This document shows, in pieces, positions 1 to 20,335 of a stretch of DNA of 64,000 nt; within the stretch, counting starts at the first letter, position 1; every line of letters begins with the position of its first letter. The stretch is taken from NCBI GenBank assembly GCA_051362555.1, contig CM120640.1, forward strand, positions 57,328,788-57,392,787. Reading direction: 5' to 3'. This stretch comes from Lingula anatina. Its lineage: Eukaryota > Animalia > Brachiopoda. The notes under the pieces are model-generated. The model saw only the letters and a program-made list of their open reading frames with translations. It was not told the DNA's origin and ran no database searches. A program made the translations under genes and the position numbers.

Positions 1-1878
1 AGCCATATCAACAACAGGCTAGCCGTTGGGACACAGAAGTAGCTTTGCAACAAAGTATGAACAAAATGACCCATGAACCAGCAACTGCTGAAATGTAATT
101 CAAGAAAGCAAACAAAGTTGTTTTAAAAGTTATTATTTGCCAAGTCACTATGAACAATATAGTGACAATATTAATAACATTGCAATAATATCCATTGGTT
201 GAAACTTTGAAATTCTATCAAACTGAAGTATCACTGACAATATGTAAATATATATATAAAGATATATGTGTAACATTAGAAAGACTTGTTTAAAATTTGT
301 TCTGGTCGTAGTACAGACAAGCAAGCAAATACTAGCTTCTCTCAAATTATAACATCAGTATATCCTTGGGTGAAATATTAAATACCTTGTACTTGTCACA
401 TTTGATAAAGGGAATATCTAAGTACATACTAATTTATAGATTAGCCATTTTATTTTTATTAAGTGTCATTCTTGGATGTGGTGCTGTGCTTACAAGTCAT
501 TTAAAAAATCTTATCGGTCTTTCTCATTTTCCACCCAAGTGTCTTTTTAACCCTCTATACACAGTATGACAATAATGAACAAACCTTACATTTATTTACA
601 ATTGTGTTATAATGAGACTTGTTACGTCAGGTATGAGAAACTATCTACAAGTCAAGACTGGGATGCAGCATTCATTGCACAGCAATGGCAATTATATAAT
701 CTCGATTGTACGAAATTTCAAAATATTCTTAATTCTTCAAATTCAAAACCAAATCCAGCAATGTACAACTTGTGAAAATAATAGGGTAAAGCTTAATTTT
801 AGAAGAATTTCCTTGGAAAAAATGTATCATATTCCATTTAAAAATGAATGCACATATGACACTTACCAAAAAGGAACTGCACCTATCAGAAACAATTTTA
901 TTACAAATGAAAGTGTCTGTTCAGATTCTTTAAAATTTCTTATCCTGACTTTTACAACAATGTATGAGTACCAGGTCAAAAGTGATACCTGATTGAGATT
1001 TTTGTAATCAAATTCCTTGAAATTCATCAAATACATTGAAATGTTTTATATACATAACCTTTGTGTCCCCGTTAACCCTCATCTATTGTAATATACAGCC
1101 TTGAGTAGCAGAAAATCCATTCAAAAGCAACAGCATCTCTTCTGACAACTATCAATTAACATTTAAACACAAGAAGAACAACCCTCTTAGTTTTCACCAA
1201 TTTTGAAATGTTCCTTGGTTGTTAGGTATATCAGTGAGATGAAAATCAACCAAATTTAAGTCACCAGAAGCAGCCATGTAGTAATGATTGCCTCAAAAGC
1301 ACCTTAGTAGATTCGACAAACAGGCAGAGCAAGCTTAAATAGAATCCCTCAGCTCGTCATGCACTACTACAATTTGAATTCTATACTGTGCCAATCTTGA
1401 AAATATTTTCTATCTACTTCATTCTATCAAAATATTTTATAACAGGATCTTGTGGACTGACAGGAATCCATCTGTTCATTAAGGTTTTGGATAAATAGGT
1501 AAAACTTAATACGTTCTTGATAAAAGTGATAATAGCTGCATAAGCTTTCTAGCACTTCCAATTTTAAATTAGTTTTGTTCCCCACAAGTTGTAACAGCAT
1601 GGACAAGCCTGCAATTGCAATGTAGACCTCAAAAGACTTTTAGGATTTCAGTATTCAAATGTAAACCTTTTTATTCTATATTAAGAAGTGAAAATAATCT
1701 AAGCAGCTACCATTCACTGTGGTCTACTAGCTGTATTGCTGTCAGATATGTAATGCCTGTGATCACACCATCATTTCTTATCTTAGAGAACTACATTTTT
1801 CAGACAAAAATCAACTCCAAGCAGACAGAGCATTTCCCTTCATTATTCTTTGTCAATCATCTTAGCCACTGGCAACCA

Positions 1879-1880
<2 letters not shown>

Positions 1881-1947
<67 letters not shown>
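1881..1947. repeat. (AT)n microsatellite
   Basis: Direct reading. Confidence 0.97.
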
Positions 1948-1949
<2 letters not shown>

Positions 1950-2182
1950 GTTGCACTTGCAGGCTTCATTTGCTTTATTTATTGTTCAGGAATAATTGTA
2001 CGATATGGAGTATAGTAATGGGTGCTGGGAGCCACTTATCAAGCTGATGTGAGTTGACAATGAAAGTAAAATCTACAAGGCAAGCTTAACATTATCAAAA
2101 TACTAAATTTAACCTTCTTTTCCCTAACCCCCCTCCCTAAAGTTCGCAGCCTCTCTAAGCCTATACATGGTGTTGGTGTGTG

Positions 2183-11988
<9,806 letters not shown>

Positions 11989-12618
11989 GCTGTGTCGGGT
12001 TCTGAGTAAAAGAAGGAATGTAATACGATTAAAACAGAGAGAAATGGAAAACAAATTTTATAGAAAATTTATCTAAAAGACAAATTATTATTATGCTTTG
12101 ATTTACATTCTGATAGTTTTTTATTACAAAATGACCATAAACGCGAAATTCCAATCTCTGCCTGTAATCTATATTTTAGAAGTAGCCATTCATCAATGGT
12201 TATTTTACTGTTTAGTAATAATTTTTTACTGAGGCATATGTTATATGAACAAGTGGATATTTTTTTTAATTGTTTAATGGTATGCTTTTGCTGTCAAATG
12301 AACGCCCACTTTTACTAAAATCAAACATGTATCGATTGAAAAACTGCAGAGCCCGCTATCTTCAGTGGCGCTATCTGGTGTATGCGCATGAATATATGTG
12401 TAAAAGATGTGTTTTTCTTGAGTTATGTGATATTTTGTTGATTTTTAGCTCAGAACATTGGGTGATTAATATAGATTAATATAGATATGTATCTTCAAAG
12501 TTTCTTCCATTCTTGTTTCTTAATATGTTTGCTAGTTCCGAACTATTTTCGGCAGGTGCGTGCAGCTTTTAAGTCGCCATTTTGATTAAAAGCGTGTACG
12601 AGTGGAAGACGATCAAAA
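11989..12618. promoter_or_regulatory. Putative bidirectional promoter shared by CARM1 and the KHDRBS gene
   Basis: The divergent ATGs are only 630 bp apart. The interval has a YY1-type CGCCATTTT at 12575-12583, an NRF1-like TGCGCATG at 12383-12390 and a CTCF-like stretch near 12366-12381. Motif assignments are inference. Confidence 0.7.
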
Positions 12619-15600
12619 ATGAATCAAACAAACCAAATGCCTGGTAATAAGAATGGGGCAAGTGGTCCTCCCATTGACAACGATCTTTTGGAAGTTCTTA
12701 AGTTGGAGAGAGAGAGCATTGGTGACACAACATTTCCGAACGCGGCTCGGCTGCTAGACAAAGGTAAGTTTACAAACCGGCGAACTTCAGCCGGCGAAAT
12801 TTACCTGCTGTATATTCTATAATTAACAAAGAAACCCGTTTCAGAATACTAGTGTTCTATTCTTGGGGCCGATTTTTTCGTTTTTCCATGTTTTTGCTTT
12901 TGTTTTCCTATTGGCCTAGAGGGCCAGTTAAAAGAAATAAAACGTTTTGTTGTCCAACAGGGTCAGTCGACATGCAGGGAAATCGAAACTACTGGGCTAA
13001 AGCCAAGAAAAAAAGTGCTCTGACGACTCTGTAAATGTATTTTTGTCTTTAAAACTTGAAGTTTTTTGTCACTCATTTGAAAATTCAGTGTCCTAAAATG
13101 TGCCTCTTCCAGTATTTCTGCTCTTGAAAAATACAAGGCAACATTTGAAGCGCCCAATTTTAGAACTGTCATAAAGTGCTTTACTCTGTAACAAAAGCAA
13201 TAATTACAATAATTGTAACAATTCTTATGGTACTTTCTTCACTGGGGTTATCTTGCATTAGTTCAAATCTCATCCTTCTCGCTCACAAAGCATTTTACTC
13301 AACAAATAGCAACAAAAGCATCTCTGGAGCTAACTGTAGGAATTGTCTATTCCTCCTGTATTGTGTGGCTTATAGAGAAACTTAGCTTATTTTGCACACA
13401 CTGACTGCATAGTTGTATTGCTGCAATGGTAGAAAGTATTATGTAGGCCATGTTACAGGAGAACTGGGCTCCGTATCTTGAAAGGTTCGCTATGTTGCGC
13501 ACGTGCGCAAGCGTCTCGATTCCCGTATATCGAAATAGAATTGGTTATGGAATCAAGACACTTGTGCATGTGCGCAAGCGTCTCGATTCCATGGCCCCGT
13601 ATATCGAAATAGAATCAGTTATGGAATCAAGACACTTACGCACGTGTGCAACATAGCGAACCTTTCGAGATACGGAGCCCTGGCTTTTCTACTCTCCCCC
13701 CCCCCAAGTGATGACCAACCCAGGGGTCGAAATGTTGCTTTCCCGCTTTCCCGTGGGAAAGCTATTGCGAGCTCGGGAAATCTATGTCAAATCTTACTTT
13801 CCCGTCCGGTAAATCAATGGAAATGCCCGGGAAATGCAAAAACTTTTCGGGAAAGCGCACTTAGAAGTCCCTTTCCCGAAAAACTGTTACCTATAATGAA
13901 ATTTATTCCCTGGCACCAAGCCGTCAATTATTTAACCATTTTCCACAAGCTCGACGTAAGTACTCACTCTGAAACTAAGGACGCACGCACGTGACTAGCT
14001 AGAATTTGTTACGGGGCCTCCTTTTGAATTTCAAGAGAGTTGTCAATCAAAATCGTCTCGAGGCATTTACATGGGGTATATCTGACTCGTTCCCGATCCC
14101 ATTTACACAATGTTAAACACAGAAAGGATCAAGGCTGCGCAGCTAGCAGGTATAACATAGAGAAGTACAAACCTACGCAGCTCACGGAAACAAATTAATG
14201 TGCGGGAACAAAGTTAACGCAGCGTCCAAGCCTACACAAATAACGGGCACCAAACAGCGTAGTACGGGGAACGAATATCGGTCAGCCATTTGTGCACGAT
14301 CAGCTGATGCAAGATTCAGGTTGCGCGCATAAGTCGGGCTCAAGTCTAACGGAGGTTGATGGTCAGAAAATAAAGTTCCTCAAGTGGAAAATCAATGACG
14401 AAAGCAAGGGAAAAGCAAGCAAACTTGCTAAACAAGACACATGTAAACTTCAAGACACGATAAGAAATGAGGGTGAAGCAGGTGCACATGGCGACGATAC
14501 AGGTACCAGTAGGCCTACGAGGCTACGTCGTAATAATAATAATAATGTCAAACAAGTTTCATATCTAATGAACTGTAAATTTAATGATAAACAAGACGTT
14601 TTTACTTTTCTATTACGTAGTAAACATAAAAATTGCCCTACCTCGTTCTCTTTGCTGAAGACATGATGTATTGAAAAACAAATGGGCCTTTTCACCGACT
14701 GAGTTTTTCGGCTCTTCTCAAGAGTTCCACCTGGACTTATTTAATTATTTGATAAGTGATTGAGTTGTTTTTCATTGAACTCCTACCAAACTGATGACCT
14801 TTTTAAAGATGTCACGGGTTATTCTAGCCTTTATAATTAAGGACCTAATACCTTTATTCTCTTTACTTTTGAAAATGCAGTGTTTGTAACATCAAAATTT
14901 CACTGCACTTCTTCAACTTACCCTTTTCTAATTGGTGTGAAATTGTCTACTATTAAGAAAATGCCCCAAGTTTCAAATGAAATTAAACATTGTGCACACT
15001 AGGAACAAGTCCAATTGTTTACTGGTTTGACTTTTACTTTTTAGCTGCCAAAGATGGACCCATGGAGAATATAGACAGTGGCGAGTATGGAGATGAGACA
15101 GTTGAAAGGCTTTCAGAACATTTTAGGACACTGGATAATGCTGGCTTTTAAACAAACATGTGCCAGGCTGAATGGCCTCATTAAAAAAATCCATGCTGGA
15201 ACTTCATGAAAAGGACCAGGACATAGTTGCCTTTTTAAGTAGAATGCTGACTGTACTTAAAGAGATTTACCCTAATATTTGTGCTCTCTTGACCATTGTG
15301 ATGGTCCTTTCAGTCAGCACAACAGATGCAGCATATGTATTTGGTACTAAGATTTCAGTCACGTTAATGTTGACAAATATATCTAGTTGTTATAAAAAAC
15401 ACTATATATGGATGCCATGTTAGTTTATTTCATATCAATAAACATTCATTTCTCAAAGATATGTTCTTACCTATATAATTCATCATCATATTAAAATAAT
15501 CTAATTTAATATCAGGGAAATTGGTTTTCATGAATTTGTTGTCAGGGAAAGCTACTTTCTTGCAGGGAAAATAATGTACAAAATCACTTTCCCGGCAGGG

Positions 15601-18600
15601 AAAGTATGATTTTCTAAACATTTCGACCCCTGCAACCCTGCCTTTGATACTGCAAGGAACAAGGTATTAGTCATCTGTGCATCTATCTAGTAATGCAGAT
15701 ATGAAATCAAGATTGATGTTTGCCTCTTGATGTTTTTCTTAAGGTACTTTGTTATTGAGGATAACCGATGAATTTGTGGTCTTTTTCCTCCCAACACAGT
15801 TAAGGGGACAGTTTGTTGACTTAAAGTAGAATGTTCAGCTTGTAAATAGCTTTATGTCAAAAAAAATTGCAAAGGTGGAAGAATATTTGTATTAAAGGGT
15901 CTTTGTGCCATGGCTGTTGCAATAGTATGTTTAGTTAACATCATAAATTTTTGTATGATATCAGAAATGTTTGTCATATCAAGTTTATCAATTTACGAAA
16001 TGAAGGCATTAATAATAAATTGTTAATAATATTTTTATTATTTTTAAGTACAATATTCCCCTTTTTTTTTTTTTAGAAATTGAGCAAGTAAGCAGAGGGA
16101 AGCTCTCAGACTTCTTAGATGTTACTTCTGACTCTAAGAAGTGCAAACTGAACTCAAAAGTATACATTCCACACAAAGAATTCCCAAAGGTGAGACAGAA
16201 AATTGAACTTCTGCATCAGTTATTTTCATGTTGAATTGTTTTACATTTGAAGTGTCAGAATGATAACCCTTCTCAAATATGTATATGTTAACTGGCTTTT
16301 TATTCCAGTTTAACTTTGTTGGGAAGCTTCTAGGACCTAAAGGATTGTCTCTAAAAAGACTTCAGGAAGACACGGGTACAAAAATGTCAATCCTTGGAAA
16401 AGGTTCAATGAGAGACAAAAATAAGGTGGGTATTGTCATAACACTTAATATATCTGCAAAAAAAATGATTTTGTTTTATTGTACCACCAGCGTTAGCGCT
16501 GGCGGTACACATGGTTTCGGTCCCGTCCGGATCGTTCCGCCGGCTCCGCCGGCTCCGTTGGCTCCGCCGGCTCCGCCGGCTCCGCCGGACGGCTACCGTT
16601 ACCGCTTCTCCTCCTAGGCGGTAAGGCCCCCCGTACCCATCTCTTGGATTTAGGTCACCTATAATCTCAACTCGTTCCACGTAAAATTTGGGCTTTGTCG
16701 GTATTGGGGTCTGGGTGTGGCACTCATTGAAATGCACCCTTGTCCAAAAATGGCAAAATTAAATGCTAATTATCTACCCTACGGAAGGGGTTATGGGAAA
16801 AATTTCTACAGAAGGCTTTCCAAAAGTCATATGTGTAGATTTCAAATATGCCCTTGGATTTGACCTTTGACCTTTACTTCAAGGTCAAACGGGCCAAAAT
16901 TTTCAAAAAAATTAAATTTTTTACGAAAAAAAATTTTTTTGCCCTGTTATTCAGACACCACACAGACTTAACCAATAATATTATTGGAAAGTGTTACCCT
17001 TCAGGTCATCCTTCATCTCCGTGAATTTGGGGTCAATCAGTGCATTTTCACCGGAGTAGCGGCCATAAGATGGCGAAACTGAAAACTGTCTCTAATTCGG
17101 GAACCGTTAATGCTAGAGACCCATTCTTTTTTGCATTTTGTAGAGCATGTAAAGCCCAACACTGGAGGTGGTCTCCGTTTTTTTGTATTCCGTACGGTTT
17201 TCAAGTTATGCTGTATCAGAAAGTACATATTGGTGGTGAAAGCAAAATGTGCAGTACGGTAATGGATAATAAATTTTGAACTCTGGAAAAATAAAACATA
17301 AGGCTTGGCAAAGCAGACAACTTGTGGTCAAAAATGACATTATTTCATCAAATTTGAACTTCTGGAACTTCAGAGCACCTCCCATTTCAAGAATTTTGAC
17401 CAAAATGACCTTTTCTTTATTTTAATTAATTTTTGCTGTAGGAAATTTATGGCACATTAAGGTAATTCCAAAATTATAACATTTAGTCCCTTATATCTCC
17501 AAAACTGGCAGAGATAGGTCCATAGTTACTATTGAAGTTGAATAGGAAGTCATATACTGGCAATCTTACTGTGACCTTGAAATTGACCTTTGACCTACTT
17601 TTCACCATGAACTGAACTTTGCAAATTTTGCTTCCCTTTTATCTCCAAAACTGGCAGAGATAGGTCCATAGTTACTATTGAAGTTGAATAGGAAGTCATA
17701 TACTGGCAATCTAAATGTGACCTTGAAATTGACCTTTGACCTACTTTTCACCATGAATTGAACTTTGCAAATTTTGCTTCCCTTTTATCTCCAAAACTGG
17801 CAGAGATAGGTCCATAGTTACTATTGAAGTTGAATAGGAAGTCATATACTGGCAATCTAAATGTGACCTTGAAATTGACCTTTGACCTACTTTTCACCAT
17901 GAATTGAACTTTGCAAATTTTGCTTCCCTTTTATCTCCAAAACTGGCAGAGATAGGTCCATAGTTTCTATTGAGCTTGAATATGAAGTCATATACTGACA
18001 ATCTAAATGTGACCTTGAAATTGACCTTTGACCTACTTTTCACCTTGAACTGAACTTTGCAAATTTTGCTTCCCTTTTATCTCCAAAACTGGCAGAGATA
18101 GGTCCATAATTACTATTGAACTTGAATAGGTCGTCATATACTGGCAATCTTACTGTGACCTTGAAATTGACCTTTGACCTACTTTTCATCATGAACTGAA
18201 CTTTGCAAATTTTGCTTCCCTTTTATCTCCAAAACTGGCAGAGATAGGTCCATAGTTTCTATTGAAGTTGAATAGGAAGTCATATACTGGCAATCTAAAT
18301 GTGACCTTGAAATTGACCTTTGACCTACTTTTCACCATGAATTGAACTTTGCAAATTTTGCTTCCCTTTTATCTCCAAAACTGGCAGAGATAGGTCCATA
18401 GTTACTATTGTATTGAATAGGAAGTCATATACCGGCAATCTTACTGTGACCTTCAAATTGACCTTTAACCTACTTTTCACCATGAATTGAACTTTGCAAA
18501 TTTTGCTTCCCTTTTATCTCCAAAACTGGCAGAGATAGGTCCATAGTTACTATTGAAGTTGAATAGGAAGTCATATACTGGCAATCTAAATGTGACCTTA

Positions 18601-20302
18601 AAATTGACCTTTGACCTACTTTTCACCATGAACTGAACTTTGTAAATTTTGCTTCCTTTTTATCTCCAAATTTACGCTGTATCAAAAAGTACATATTGGT
18701 GGTGAAAGCAAAATGTGCAGTACGGTAATGGATAATTAATTTTGAACTCCAGAAAAACAAAACAGAAGGCTTGGCAAAGCAGGCAACTTGTGGTCAAAAA
18801 TGACATTGTTTCATCAAATTAGAACATCTGGAACCTCAGAGCACCTCCCATTTCAAGAATTTTGACCAAAATGACCTTTTCTTTATTTTGATTAATTTTT
18901 TCTGTAGGAAATTTATGGCACATTATGGTAACTCCAAAATTATAACATTTAGTCCCTTATATCTCCAAAACTGGCAGAGATAGGTCCATAGTTACTATTG
19001 AAGTTGAATAGGAAGTCATATACTGGCAATCTTACTGTGACCTTGAAATTGACCTTTGACCTACTTTTTACCATGAACTGAACTTTGCAAATTTTGCTTC
19101 CCTTTTATCTCCAAAACGTGCAGAGATAGGTCCATAGTTACTATTGAACTTGAATATGAAGTCATATACTGACAATCTAAATGTGACCTTGAAATTGACC
19201 TTTGACCTACTTTTCACCATGAACTGAACTTTGCAAATTTTGCTTCCCTTTTATCTCCAAAACTGGCAGAGATAGGTCCATAATTACTATTGAACTTGAA
19301 TGGGAAGTCATATACTGGCAATCTTACTGTGACCTTGAAATTGACCTTTGACCTACTTTTCATCACATGAACTTTGCAAATTTTGCTTCCCTTTTTATTT
19401 CCAAAACTGGCAGAGATAGGTCCATAGTTACTATTGAGGTTGAATAGGAAGTCATATACTGGCAATCTTACTGTGACCTTGAAATTGACCTTTGACCTAC
19501 TTTTCACCATAAATTGAACTTTGCAAACTTTGCTTCCCTTTTATCTCCAAAACTGGCAGAGATAGGTCCATAGTTACTGTTGTATTGAATAGGAAGTCAT
19601 ACTGGCAATCTGAATGTGACCTTGAAATTGACCTTTGACCTACTTTTCACCATGAACTGAACTTTGCAAATTTTGCTTCCCTTTTATCTCCAAATTTACG
19701 CTGTATCAAAAAGTACATATTGGTGGTGAAAGCAAAATGTGCAGTACGGTAATGGATAATTAATTTTGAACTCCAGAAAAATAAAACATAAGGCTTGGCA
19801 AAGCAGGCAACTTGTGGTCAAAAATGACATTATTTCATCAAATTAGAACATCTGGAACTTCAGAGCACCTCCCATTTCAAGAATTTTGACCAAAATGACC
19901 TTTTCTTTATTTTAATTAATTTTTTCTGTAGGAAATTTATAGCACATTATGGTAACTGCAAAATTATAACATTTAGTCCCTTATATCTCCAAAACTGGCA
20001 GAGATAGGTCCATAGTTACTATTGAAGTTGAATAGAAAGTCATATACTGACCATTTTTAATTATATTTTTTTGTATATTTTGAGAACTCCTGTTGATTGC
20101 ATTTTATAGAGCTTGTCAAGCACAAGACTGGTGATGGTGTCCCTTTTTGGAGGGGGGGGGTCCATACGAATGCGCTTACTCCAGCTGGTGGTACAATATC
20201 CGGAGGCGGTATCGCCTCTCTGATCCTCTAGTTTTATTTATTATTTATTTTATTTTATTATTTTTTTATTTTTATTTATTTATTTTATTTATTTATTTAT
20301 TT

Positions 20303-20335
<33 letters not shown>

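Noticed and set aside
1-2182. Short ORFs at the window start
   Set aside because: AT-rich sequence downstream of the CARM1 stop, most simply 3'UTR or intergenic. The ORFs are low-complexity or microsatellite-derived.
16426-16617. Pro/Ala-rich continuation of the KHDRBS exon 3 ORF (PPAPPAP)
   Set aside because: Read-through past the GT donor into the HINE 9-bp microsatellite. The KH domain continues correctly at 20451.
19214-19510. 98-aa repetitive ORF on the minus strand
   Set aside because: Translation artefact of the 146-bp monomers.
17495-19685. Regular repeat array as a possible CRISPR array
   Set aside because: Units are near-identical over their whole length with no unique spacers, there are no cas genes, and the context is a eukaryotic intron. 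It is a satellite within a HINE.
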